Positions 29,360 to 39,009 of a stretch of 64,000 nucleotides of DNA are shown here, in pieces. The stretch comes from a virus: positions 64,001 to 128,000 of the IMG/VR virus record IMGVR_UViG_3300044634_004833; one strand, written 5' to 3'. The notes under the pieces were generated by a model that worked only from the letters and a program-made list of their open reading frames with translations, did not search any database and had not been told where the DNA came from. Numbering within the stretch: the stretch's first letter is position 1; every line of letters begins with the position of its first letter. The translations under genes and the position numbers were made by a program.

Positions 29360-29881
29360 ATGAAATTTAAAATTACGATCTTTTTGACGGCTATGCCTTT
29401 TATACTTTTTATTCTGCAAAGTCAGACACAGTTTTCAAAAATTAATGATAAAAACATAAAGTTGGAAAATGAAGTAGCAGTATTAAAAAGCGAATTAAAT
29501 AATCTTCAAGAAACAACGATTGTCAAAATGTTTCAATCCGCAGAAGAAGCAAAAAAGAAAGCTTTGGATATGCTTGACCAGAATATTCAAATTTATAAAA
29601 AAAATGAAGAGTTTAGAATAAAACTATTAAAAGAGTTGGCTGAAGCTTCTGATACTGCCAACAAATATGTTGAAGCCTATGCCAAAAATATTGATTTGGG
29701 AGAATATGGCAAAATGGAACTGATTGCTACTGCTTCTCCAAAAAAGAGGAAACAATTAGAATCGGCTATTGAAAATACTATTAGGCATACAACAGAAGAA
29801 CAAAGAGAGAAGGATATTGAATTGAAGAAACATTTGTATGAAGCTAAAAAAGCATTGCATAATATTAAGAATAATTTTTAG
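29360..29881 (+). CDS. membrane-anchored coiled-coil protein
   Basis: N-terminal hydrophobic segment; SD GGAGG; CCCCC-TATAAT at 29321-29331. Confidence 0.65.
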   Translation: MKFKITIFLTAMPFILFILQSQTQFSKINDKNIKLENEVAVLKSELNNLQETTIVKMFQSAEEAKKKALDMLDQNIQIYKKNEEFRIKLLKELAEASDTANKYVEAYAKNIDLGEYGKMELIATASPKKRKQLESAIENTIRHTTEEQREKDIELKKHLYEAKKALHNIKNNF

Positions 29882-30294
29882 TCTTCTTCTTCTCCTTCAA
29901 GATCTTCTAATTCCAAATGTGAGTCCTCTATTTCACCACAGAAAACACCAAATTTACTAGATAGATGCCCAACTACTTCGATAGGAACTCTGCTGAAAAA
30001 CAATCCTTGGTTTTGATTATTGCATTTATGCTTTTTCAATTCTTTTTTGCCAATCTTAACAAGATGGTAGTCTTTGTCTAACAATCTATCTAAAATGTTT
30101 AAAAATATTATTGGATTGCCATCTACAAATATGGGCTCAAGACTTTTATTTTCTTCATCAAAACAACAATATGCATACTTGTCATCAAGGTATTCAAAAG
30201 TAATAAATTTTATTTTTTCATCAAGACATTCTAAAATTTGTTTAAACCAAGATTTTTCATGCTGCACAAGTGGAATAAGTTTTAGTTTTTCCAT
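29878..30294 (-). CDS. hypothetical protein with acidic tail
   Basis: ORF with TAAATA 5 nt upstream. Confidence 0.65.
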   Translation of the reverse strand: MEKLKLIPLVQHEKSWFKQILECLDEKIKFITFEYLDDKYAYCCFDEENKSLEPIFVDGNPIIFLNILDRLLDKDYHLVKIGKKELKKHKCNNQNQGLFFSRVPIEVVGHLSSKFGVFCGEIEDSHLELEDLEGEEED

Positions 30295-30368
30295 ACCTCT
30301 ATTTATGGGTTTTGTTAATTTTTATTTATTCAGAAACTATAAATAGAATATACTTTGTGGAGATAGAA

Positions 30369-33239
30369 ATGAAGAATTTAGAGGGTTGCACATTCATCGA
30401 ATGGCTCAAAATTGATGAAAACATGGTTTTTATGACAGAAGCAGAAGATACTAATCCAAAAGATACTGATCCAAAAGATACTGATCCAAAAGATACTGAT
30501 CCAAACGCTAAAGGTGAAATTGCTACCGATCCAAAAGCAGGACATACTTTATTTGTTGTTCAAAATAAAAATACGGGCAAAATTTATGCTGCAAGACCAT
30601 TTTTTCCAATTGGAACAAGTAATATTTCTTTTGGAGAAAAAACTATAAACTTCCAAAAAGGTAAGATTTCTTTTGTTCTTAAAATTGAAGAATTTAAAAA
30701 AGAATATCAATTTATGGCAGAAAAAAGCGCTCCAAACAAACCAATAAAATTCAGTTCAAGGAAAGGTTTTATATATGATGCTGTTAATCCAATTTTTGAC
30801 GGATTCATATATCCTGCGAGATTTTGCAGGATGGAATTAGTTCCCGTTATTGACGGTAAGCAGACAGCAGCAAATACTACAAACATTCCTGTTGTAGACA
30901 CAACTGGATACAATCCTTGCAAAGATAAAGAAGAAGCTCCCAAACCTGGTACTGCTGGAGCTAGTGCTGCCGTTGCTAAACAACCAGAAAGCAATGATAA
31001 AAAATCTGGCGATCAAGCTGATGTAAAAGTACATGTAAATGAATTAGATGAAGATTGCAAAATGAAGCTTGGAGACCCTGAAAAGAAATTTGTTGATGAA
31101 GCTTTTTATAATGTTTTAAAATCTGGCAAGCGTGGAAATATTGTTGTTAATGCTTTGGCAGGTTCTGGCAAAACTAGTACACTTGTTTGTCTCTGGGAAA
31201 AGTATGGAATGTATAGTGGTCAAAGATGGTTGTATTTAGTTTTTAATAAAAAAAATCAACTAGAAGCAGCAGAAAGATTTAGATCAGTTGACCAGAAAGA
31301 ATTAACAAGTGCAAAAGGTGAAAAATATATTGTTAACAATGATATTATCATTAAAACTACAAATAAGTTTTTAGGCGATGTATTGAAGCAAACCCCTGGA
31401 TATCATGTTCCAAGAACTGAAAGAAGTGGCGATGCCTTTTTAGCTGGGCAAAAGTTTGATGATAAAGGAACCCCTTTGCCACTCAGAAAAAAATATGAAC
31501 AAATAACAAAGATTGCAGTTGCACAAGATACAGTAGAATTTGACAATCTTGTAGAAGATTCCAGTTTGCCAAAATATGATGTTGTGAAAAACAAATTGTC
31601 ATCTAATAGGGTAGACACTAGATATTCTGCTTTGGGCGGCAAAGGTTTGTCTTTTGTAAAAAGACAAAGGAAAGCTATTATCGAAGCATCGGAAAAACTT
31701 GCAAATTTATCAAAACAATTTGGGGCAGATCCATTTGATAATAAAAAACTAGAAGAAAAATTAGATAACATTCTTGACAGATATGATATTTCTATAAACC
31801 TTAGTAAGGTTATGGAAGGTTGGTATGAAATTCCTAATAATCGCTTTTTTTCTACGGAGTATAGGAATTTGTGGTACCACGTTAATTCTTTTATTGAAGA
31901 TATTTCATTAAAAGAAAAATTAGATATTATTAAGCAGTTGGCAAAATGGCTATTAATAAAAACTGCTCCAGGCAATAAAGATTTAAATGATGCGCCACTT
32001 AAAAATGGTAAAAATATGTCGCAAATGGCAAAAACAAAACTTGGAGCAAAAATAGATTTCGATAAAGTAAGAGACTTTGACGACGACTACTGGTACTCTG
32101 GGATTAATATGGAAAAAATTAATTGGCCTAAGTATAATGTTGTTCTTGCCGATGAAATTCAAGATTTTAATTCTGTGCAAAAAGAGATGTTGAAAAAATT
32201 AGCGGAAAAAGGAGCTACTATTATAGGTGTTGGGGATCCCAATCAAGCAATTTATAGATTCCGTGGTGCAGAAGCTAGTAGCTTTGATGATATTGTAGAA
32301 ACATTGAAAAAAGATAATTTAAGTATCCAAGGAACAGATGATATCATTAAAGGAATGCCTACAAATTACAGAAGCAGACAAGCAGTTATTGATTATGTAA
32401 ATAAGGCAACAAAAGTAAATAACTTGGTTCGTGGCAAGAAGTACGAGGATGACTATCATGGGGAAGTTACAACTAACAAAAGCGTAAAGGATATGTTGTC
32501 TGAAATTCAGGGATATATCAAAAATGGGGAATTAGACAAAAGTACGGCAGTTATAGCTCGAACAAATGCTCCTTTGGGGGCTCTTATGGTTCCTATGTTA
32601 AAAAGAGGTATACCATTTGCAGCTATTGGTACTGATTTCATTTCAGAAATTAAAAAAGAAATGCAAACAATATTAGATGATCTTGGTATTGATGAATATT
32701 ATGATTTAAATTCAATACTTGGCGATTCAGAGGATAATCAACCCAATTATGATGATGAAAATTCAGGCGAATACGGCACAAAAGGAGAGAATAGTCAATT
32801 AGAAAAATTTTACTTAAATAAAGTTAGACAATATCAAGGCATTCCAAGTAAACAAAAAGTACTGAAAGAACTTAGAAAAAATATAGATACAATGGCGCAA
32901 GTTATCTATGCTGCTATGGAAGAGGATGACTCAATAAAAAATATGAGTGGTGTATATGGCTGGCTTGAAGATAAATTCAAGAAGAATATTGTTGATGTCA
33001 AAAAATTGAAAAAATCAGATTTGAAAGATAAAGTAATTTTGACAAGCGTTCACAAAAGTAAGGGGTTTGAATTTGGCAGAGTATATCTTTTAGATATTGA
33101 AAATTTCCCCCATGCAATGGCAACTAGAGATGAAGACAAAGAACAAGAAGAAAACGCCAAATATGTTGCCATGACCAGAGCAGAAGAAGAACTTCACATT
33201 CTAAAACAAAATCCAGACGAAAAATGGAAAGACATTTAA
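30369..33239 (+). CDS. UvrD/Rep-family SF1 helicase with long N-terminal extension
   Basis: NALAGSGKT, DEIQD, VGDPNQAIYRFRGA, TNYRS, HKSKGFEF, YVAMTRA; TATAAATA upstream. Confidence 0.92.
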   Translation: MKNLEGCTFIEWLKIDENMVFMTEAEDTNPKDTDPKDTDPKDTDPNAKGEIATDPKAGHTLFVVQNKNTGKIYAARPFFPIGTSNISFGEKTINFQKGKISFVLKIEEFKKEYQFMAEKSAPNKPIKFSSRKGFIYDAVNPIFDGFIYPARFCRMELVPVIDGKQTAANTTNIPVVDTTGYNPCKDKEEAPKPGTAGASAAVAKQPESNDKKSGDQADVKVHVNELDEDCKMKLGDPEKKFVDEAFYNVLKSGKRGNIVVNALAGSGKTSTLVCLWEKYGMYSGQRWLYLVFNKKNQLEAAERFRSVDQKELTSAKGEKYIVNNDIIIKTTNKFLGDVLKQTPGYHVPRTERSGDAFLAGQKFDDKGTPLPLRKKYEQITKIAVAQDTVEFDNLVEDSSLPKYDVVKNKLSSNRVDTRYSALGGKGLSFVKRQRKAIIEASEKLANLSKQFGADPFDNKKLEEKLDNILDRYDISINLSKVMEGWYEIPNNRFFSTEYRNLWYHVNSFIEDISLKEKLDIIKQLAKWLLIKTAPGNKDLNDAPLKNGKNMSQMAKTKLGAKIDFDKVRDFDDDYWYSGINMEKINWPKYNVVLADEIQDFNSVQKEMLKKLAEKGATIIGVGDPNQAIYRFRGAEASSFDDIVETLKKDNLSIQGTDDIIKGMPTNYRSRQAVIDYVNKATKVNNLVRGKKYEDDYHGEVTTNKSVKDMLSEIQGYIKNGELDKSTAVIARTNAPLGALMVPMLKRGIPFAAIGTDFISEIKKEMQTILDDLGIDEYYDLNSILGDSEDNQPNYDDENSGEYGTKGENSQLEKFYLNKVRQYQGIPSKQKVLKELRKNIDTMAQVIYAAMEEDDSIKNMSGVYGWLEDKFKKNIVDVKKLKKSDLKDKVILTSVHKSKGFEFGRVYLLDIENFPHAMATRDEDKEQEENAKYVAMTRAEEELHILKQNPDEKWKDI
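30445..30505 (+). repeat. 15-bp tandem repeat x4 (KDTDP)
   Basis: aagatactgatccaa units inside the helicase N-terminus. Confidence 0.85.
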
Positions 33240-33988
33240 AGTTTGTGTTGGGCGAGGATTTGCTTAACTTGATTTAGTTTTGCAATCCATCCATTATAAA
33301 CAGAAATCCAATGGTTTTGCCAACCATGTGATCCAGTATTCTTAGATGCTGGCTTATTTAAATAATATTTGTGTGTAAGTTTATCGTATTCCAAGCCTGA
33401 TATAATGCTGTCAATATAATTGCTTGATATTTGTTTTTTGGCTAAGGTTTGTAGATTGCCTTTCATTATTTCTTGAAATTTTGTTTTAAGTATTTTATCT
33501 TTATCGAGCTCTTCTAATTGTTCTTTGCTGAATCTATTTGTTCCCTGTACATTATCATGTAACTTCTTGTCTTCTGCTGCTTGTTCAACTACTTCTTTTG
33601 TTTGAATTCTCATTACATCTTGAACTTCATTTGGAAACAAAGTTTTAAATGCATTGAATGTTTTGTTTTTCTTATCAATTTTTAAAATTTCTTGTTGAAT
33701 TTTTGTTGCAGTGGCTTGGTCAACTGGTTCTGCATTAGCCTTTTTCTTTTTTCCTGCTGCTGCTAAAGGCGTTCTTTGTTGAATTGATAAATTTTGATTA
33801 GCAGATTGGTTTGTAGGTGTTCCACCACCTAATCCAGAAATTGCTGCGCCAGCTAATCCTTTTGCTGCGCCACCTATTGCTGATAATACGTTTCCTATGA
33901 ATTCATTTACTAAAGACTCTTCTTTAATTTGGCTAATTAGCTCAGAGTCTTTGGAATTTACATATTTTTCAAAAGATATCTTTTTCAT
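33236..33988 (-). CDS. hypothetical virion-type protein with Gly/Ala-rich segment
   Basis: MKKISFEKY start; TATAAATA upstream; EFIGNVLSAIGGAAKGLAG. Confidence 0.65.
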   Translation of the reverse strand: MKKISFEKYVNSKDSELISQIKEESLVNEFIGNVLSAIGGAAKGLAGAAISGLGGGTPTNQSANQNLSIQQRTPLAAAGKKKKANAEPVDQATATKIQQEILKIDKKNKTFNAFKTLFPNEVQDVMRIQTKEVVEQAAEDKKLHDNVQGTNRFSKEQLEELDKDKILKTKFQEIMKGNLQTLAKKQISSNYIDSIISGLEYDKLTHKYYLNKPASKNTGSHGWQNHWISVYNGWIAKLNQVKQILAQHKL

Positions 33989-34020
33989 AATTGGTAGTCC
34001 TTATTTTATTTATAATTTTT

Positions 34021-34050
34021 GGTAGTTTTTTTTAAATGCTACCCTATAAT
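34021..34050 (+). promoter_or_regulatory. class I promoter-like motif
   Basis: GGTAGT at 34021 and CCC-TATAAT at 34045. Confidence 0.7.
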
Positions 34051-34110
34051 CTATGCGGTAAGAATGCAGCAAACATGGCTAAGACTACTGGGTAGTTAGG
34101 CAAACTAGGG

Positions 34111-34138
34111 CTGCGATAAATTTATCGTGGCCCCTAGT
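34111..34138 (+). promoter_or_regulatory. class II motif CTGCGATAA-N14-CTAGT embedded in a hairpin
   Basis: Same boxes and spacing as 5950 and 46626. Confidence 0.55.
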
Positions 34139-34177
34139 ATTTTGTTTCCTAACCCTTTAATTCTGGAGTAAACCAAT

Positions 34178-35152
34178 ATGTCAAACTACATTTTAAAATA
34201 CGATGATGTTATTAAAAATAAAAATATTAAAAACTGTATGAGTGCAGATATGAAGTATAGACATGTTATGCCTGTAATAGTTTGCGACAGGGAAGGATGG
34301 AAAGCTTTTAACACCGATGAATACTATTTAAAAATTCATAAGCCTGTTGAAGTAATGAGTATCGAAGAATTGGAGCAGGAAATTAGAGCATGTTATTTAC
34401 CATCTCTTGAACATAATTCTGATTTCAAGAAAAACTATGGTGAACTATCTATTGATCTGATTGATTTGATCAAAATGTTTCATTTACGGCGTTCAAAGTG
34501 TCAACAAGAATTGTTGGCTAGGAAAAATTATTATAGAAACCTAGAAGATATTGAATTTGTACTGGAAGATAACGGATTTAAGATGGGTATTAGTAAAGTA
34601 TTTGAAGATGGCAGAGTTTTTGGAAGGAAATTAATTGATGATAGTCATGTAGCTATGTTTTGGCCCGGATATCGCAAATTATTAATTCATGAATTTGATT
34701 GGCTGTCCTATAACAAAGCATTAGAAAATCATAAAAAATTGAATATTAGCCCTGAAGAATTTAAGAATAATTATGAAGATCTTTATTTTCTTGATCATAC
34801 TTTGGTAGGCAATAGTGATAATCCTAATGGAAGCCTGATTATTTTTGAGAAATTATCAGGTGAATGGCATCGTTGTGGACAAGAGTATTCTTTTGAATAT
34901 AAATATGGCTGGGAAAATGAACTGCCATCATTTCTTGAGGATAGTATCAAAAATTTTCATTATCCCAACTGTCAAAAGTGTGGCGACCCCATGTACACAG
35001 AAACAGTCCATATAACTAAAATAAATGCCAATGTAACATATTGGAAATGTTGTAACAGCAAAAAAAAGAACTGTCGAAAAAAATACGAGTGCGGAAAAGA
35101 TAACCTTGTAATGAAGTATCCTTTCTTTGACAAGGCTTTAACCCCAGCGTAA
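34178..35152 (+). CDS. hypothetical protein with C-terminal zinc ribbon
   Basis: PNCQKCGDPM...YWKCCNS...C; SD GGAG. Confidence 0.7.
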   Translation: MSNYILKYDDVIKNKNIKNCMSADMKYRHVMPVIVCDREGWKAFNTDEYYLKIHKPVEVMSIEELEQEIRACYLPSLEHNSDFKKNYGELSIDLIDLIKMFHLRRSKCQQELLARKNYYRNLEDIEFVLEDNGFKMGISKVFEDGRVFGRKLIDDSHVAMFWPGYRKLLIHEFDWLSYNKALENHKKLNISPEEFKNNYEDLYFLDHTLVGNSDNPNGSLIIFEKLSGEWHRCGQEYSFEYKYGWENELPSFLEDSIKNFHYPNCQKCGDPMYTETVHITKINANVTYWKCCNSKKKNCRKKYECGKDNLVMKYPFFDKALTPA

Positions 35153-35163
35153 GGAGACAAAAA

Positions 35164-35583
35164 ATGTCACAATTAAAAGTTTTCACTCTTTCGACGGATA
35201 TGAATGATGCAGAATTAGATTTGACAATAAAAAAGATGCATCATATTAATAAAACAGAAGAAGGCCCATCTGTTTTAACAATTGATGGTTTTTGCAAAGA
35301 CCCAAGACCACTTTGGCAAATTAAAGAAGTTGTTCAATTTGCTAAAAAGTTGGTATCCAAAGGAGTTTGTAATGAACTTGTTACCTCTACGAACATCAAA
35401 GAGGTAATGCCAGAAGATGTAGATCCTAATATATTGTTGAATAGTTTGGGAAGTATGGAAGTTTGGCTTTTGTCTAAGGGATACAAATTAGAGAGTGTTT
35501 TGATTACGATTGGACTCATGCAAGAATTTGTAGAAGATTTTCAGGTACATGCTCCTGAATACAAAAGGATTCTACAAAGTTAA
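35164..35583 (+). CDS. hypothetical protein
   Basis: IDGFxxDPRPLWQIKEV; SD AAGGAG. Confidence 0.7.
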   Translation: MSQLKVFTLSTDMNDAELDLTIKKMHHINKTEEGPSVLTIDGFCKDPRPLWQIKEVVQFAKKLVSKGVCNELVTSTNIKEVMPEDVDPNILLNSLGSMEVWLLSKGYKLESVLITIGLMQEFVEDFQVHAPEYKRILQS

Positions 35584-35606
35584 AGTTTAAAAAATATAAT
35601 TTTTTT

Positions 35607-35638
35607 AAGAGCCAAGGCGTTCTTGGTTCTTTTTTTTT
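35607..35638 (+). terminator. intrinsic terminator overlapping the next promoter-like site
   Basis: aagagccaag-gcgtt-cttggttctt followed by T-tract; CCCC-TATAAT at 35643-35652. Confidence 0.7.
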
Positions 35639-35687
35639 AATGCCCCTATAATTTTAGCGGTCACCATATCCATCGGAGGGAAACATA

Positions 35688-35897
35688 ATGATGCCTATCG
35701 ACCATATTCCTGCTTATGTTCAGTTTTTTGCCCAAAGCCAATATGAAGTTGCTTTTTATATTAATAAACCTCGTAGGGTTAGAAGCACACAAATAGTTAG
35801 TGCAAACTCTAGTTCTGATGCAAAAGCACTTATTATTGCTCAGTATGGCAAGGACAATGTAAGCATCATCTCTACCAAAAAGGTAGAAAGGAAGTGA
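35688..35897 (+). CDS. small hypothetical protein
   Basis: SD GGAGGG; promoter-like site upstream. Confidence 0.65.
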   Translation: MMPIDHIPAYVQFFAQSQYEVAFYINKPRRVRSTQIVSANSSSDAKALIIAQYGKDNVSIISTKKVERK

Positions 35898-35900
35898 TGT

Positions 35901-37025
35901 GTGAGCATCAAAGACAATGTGGCCAAGAAGAAGGCCAGAGAAGATAGAATCCGTAAAGCGAAACACGAAGAAAGTCGCAGAAAATGCTATCCCCCTATTG
36001 TAATAATAAATGGGGATCAAGTATCTTCGTATTTTCTTAATGCAATTACTAAAGCTGTTGATACTATTAATTTTGATAGTATTTCATCATTCCACAAAGA
36101 TAAAGATCCAAGAGAATACTTGAGAAAAATAACAAGAGCTGAATCATCAGATGTATATTTTCAAGAAGGAGGTAGCCAATACTTAACTTCTTTGCATTTG
36201 TATATTTGGGCTGCATTGATTCAGTCTATTGGTATTGATAAAGTAAAAGCTTTGATGCCTGAAGAAGGATTTCGTGTAGCTTTTTGCAAAAATACTATAT
36301 TTGTTATTTGCAAAAAAATATATGCCAATAATTCGATTCACAATAGATTTTATACTAACAATAATTATGTGCAGGTAGGCAAAAAAAACTACAAGCTTCA
36401 TTATTCGAAGCATATGGTTGAAAGGTTGTTTGAACGAGGTAATTATATAACCGAAAACCAAGCGGGCGAATGGGCCGAAGCTTTTAGAACAGCGTGGGTT
36501 TTTTCTCTATTCTATGATATTGTAGATATAAATCTTTATAAGATTAGTGCTTCTTTCAACCAAATATTTGTAGATTTCTATGTTTTAGCGTCGGGTATTG
36601 AATTCAATTTGGTTGAGCATACAAACACAATAGTTGAATCATGGTCTGAGAACATTCTTGTTAATTCAGATGGATTGCTTGTTGCGAAGCGAATAGTTGC
36701 CCCTATGGCTATATTTGATGCTGAAGGCGATGGTAAATTTGATGATATTGTTTTAAAAACAAGTTTGCTTCCTGGATTTGAAGGAACTTTGGAACATAGC
36801 ATCATGAACAGAATAACTTTCCCTAGATATGTGAAAAAGGCATGTTTAGATGTTTTAGATGATCCACAAAGGAGATATACAAAAGAGTATACTGGAGTTC
36901 AGCATATGTTCAACAAACGATGTGCGCCACAATACTATTGGCTTCAAAACAACAAGACCAAATCGATAGCTTTGAGAAATCTAACCGACAAAGCCGATTC
37001 GATTCCAGAAATTAAACACAACTAA
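35901..37025 (+). CDS. hypothetical protein
   Basis: 374-aa ORF with GTG start after AGGAAG. Confidence 0.7.
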   Translation: MSIKDNVAKKKAREDRIRKAKHEESRRKCYPPIVIINGDQVSSYFLNAITKAVDTINFDSISSFHKDKDPREYLRKITRAESSDVYFQEGGSQYLTSLHLYIWAALIQSIGIDKVKALMPEEGFRVAFCKNTIFVICKKIYANNSIHNRFYTNNNYVQVGKKNYKLHYSKHMVERLFERGNYITENQAGEWAEAFRTAWVFSLFYDIVDINLYKISASFNQIFVDFYVLASGIEFNLVEHTNTIVESWSENILVNSDGLLVAKRIVAPMAIFDAEGDGKFDDIVLKTSLLPGFEGTLEHSIMNRITFPRYVKKACLDVLDDPQRRYTKEYTGVQHMFNKRCAPQYYWLQNNKTKSIALRNLTDKADSIPEIKHN

Positions 37026-37053
37026 TTTTAAAGCTCCGCCCCATAAATATGGC

Positions 37054-38412
37054 ATGGGGGATTTTATGACTATGATACTTGAATTTGCACAATGGTTAGA
37101 TATAGACGAAGCTCGTCGTTTCAACATGGGTAGTGTTGGCAGTGCTGCCGAAGGCAGACAAGCCGGTAGAGATGCAAATGAAATAGTTACATGTATATTA
37201 AGTAAAAAACTTGGCACAAGAATTAGAGATTATCCTCCCAGATCTACTCAAGATTTAGCTGGAATCGATGCAAAATTTTTGGATGGTGAATTTGCAAATC
37301 AAAACTTGCAAATTCAAGCAAGAGCATCTCATGCTGCCCAAGATGACTTTGCAATATCATTAGCCGTTAAAGAAAAAAATGTAGGCAAATTTCTAGGCAG
37401 CAAAATTACAGACATAATAAAGCCAAACCCTAATGCAGAATATTTGACAAAATGGCATCAAAAAACAGCCATTCATGCTTTAATGAGCGCTGATGACAAT
37501 ATGATTTATTTGGCCAAATGGGAAGATCTAGAATCGTTAGCCATGAAGGCATTTGAAAATTGGGAAAACAATCACAACAATATTATAGCCTTAACGATTT
37601 CGTTGCCAAAGCCTGCAAATCAAATGGCTGGAGCTTTAGTTCCACAAGGACATCAAGAAAAGGACCCAGATAAACTACAAGGCTCTATGAGCATTTCTTT
37701 AATAGCTAATGTCGATGGTAAAGACATAGAAGCAAATGCTGATTTTAACATATCCTCAGATGTAGATTCCACAATTCAAAGTATAAAAAATGGTTTCGAA
37801 AATGTTTTAGGTGAAGGCAGTGTAATTTTCGTCAAGAAAGTACCCATGCCTTTTAGACTTAGATATATTGTAAAATTTAAAGAAGGTATTGAAATTGATG
37901 GAGACCCAGTTTGGAACAGTATTAAATACGAAAATAATGAGCCAATTAGAGGACTAAGAATTTATTTCGAAGCTCCTCATGGCAAGTCAGGAACATTTAA
38001 TACGGAAAGAGATACATTCGTTGATCCAGAAACACATATTACTGTAAGATTGACTAGATCAACTCAAGGACCAGATTATAACCAGCAAACAGTTTATAAT
38101 CCTATGGTGTTCATACCAGCCAAAAGCGTACCAACAAAACAAATTCCAATAACTCAAGAAGATATTGACCAATGTAAAGAAAAACCAGAAGTTGTAATTG
38201 ATACTAGAAATGATATGGAAAAGGCTGAAGATGAAGCCAATGAAAAAGGCCAAGGAACTGTTAAGATAATGTCTTCGAATCCTAAAAATATAAAAAGTAA
38301 ACAAGAAGAGATTGAAAAATTTGCTAGAAGAAACAATCTAAATGTTTCGTGGCCAGATAAAAAAGATGATAAAAATTTAGGGAATACTGCAATTTACACA
38401 AAAAAGGCATAA
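37054..38412 (+). CDS. hypothetical virion-type protein, possible PD-(D/E)xK-like N-terminal domain
   Basis: ILEFAQWLDIDE motif; QDLAGIDAKF...LQIQAR; TAAATA 4 nt upstream. Confidence 0.65.
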   Translation: MGDFMTMILEFAQWLDIDEARRFNMGSVGSAAEGRQAGRDANEIVTCILSKKLGTRIRDYPPRSTQDLAGIDAKFLDGEFANQNLQIQARASHAAQDDFAISLAVKEKNVGKFLGSKITDIIKPNPNAEYLTKWHQKTAIHALMSADDNMIYLAKWEDLESLAMKAFENWENNHNNIIALTISLPKPANQMAGALVPQGHQEKDPDKLQGSMSISLIANVDGKDIEANADFNISSDVDSTIQSIKNGFENVLGEGSVIFVKKVPMPFRLRYIVKFKEGIEIDGDPVWNSIKYENNEPIRGLRIYFEAPHGKSGTFNTERDTFVDPETHITVRLTRSTQGPDYNQQTVYNPMVFIPAKSVPTKQIPITQEDIDQCKEKPEVVIDTRNDMEKAEDEANEKGQGTVKIMSSNPKNIKSKQEEIEKFARRNNLNVSWPDKKDDKNLGNTAIYTKKA

Positions 38413-38413
38413 A

Positions 38414-38965
38414 ATGAAAAGTTTTTTAAAGTGGCTTAATGAAGAAAATGAAGGTTTGTCTTTTTCTTTTGATCCTATGAAAGCACAAAAGAGCAACGAG
38501 CCAAAGTTGAATCCAAGAGTAGAAGAAAAACTAAACAACGCAGTTTTGGCTCTTACTCCAACTATTCCCGGCGTTCCTTTTGGAAATCTAAAAAGAAGCC
38601 AATCATCTCAATACTCTGGCATGACTTATGAAACTAATCTTGATGATATTCTTAAAACATATGTTGATATGATTCATGATCTCAATAAAGATGTTAAGAT
38701 GAAAACAGGAAAGCAAAGCCTATTATTAAATTATTTGAGTGCCAATACGCCAGAAGACTATATGAACAAAATTGAAAACAAAGTGGCTGAATTAGGAAAA
38801 GGATATCTACAAGCATTTCAAAGAATTCAAAAATATCATCAACTATTTGTTGATATCAAAAATAAGTATGGAGATAAAGCCCCTCAAATTAAGGTGACGA
38901 TCAGAAAGCATCGTCCAGAAGATGAGCCTTTTGTAGAACAAAAGAAAAATCCCAGTAGCTTTTAA
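38414..38965 (+). CDS. hypothetical virion-type protein
   Basis: MKSFLKWLNEE start. Confidence 0.65.
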   Translation: MKSFLKWLNEENEGLSFSFDPMKAQKSNEPKLNPRVEEKLNNAVLALTPTIPGVPFGNLKRSQSSQYSGMTYETNLDDILKTYVDMIHDLNKDVKMKTGKQSLLLNYLSANTPEDYMNKIENKVAELGKGYLQAFQRIQKYHQLFVDIKNKYGDKAPQIKVTIRKHRPEDEPFVEQKKNPSSF

Positions 38966-38983
38966 AACAAAACCCCGTATAAT
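38954..38983 (+). promoter_or_regulatory. class I promoter-like motif
   Basis: AGTAGC at 38954 and CCCCG-TATAAT at 38978. Confidence 0.6.
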
Positions 38984-39009
38984 TAATTCAACCTAATGGG
39001 GATTGTACT

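Noticed and set aside
35688-37025. TGA-TGT-GTG joins two ORFs in frame (possible K-U-C readthrough)
   Set aside because: The downstream GTG has its own SD (AGGAAG), and the nearby tggcc/ggcca hairpin has an A-rich loop unlike a SECIS
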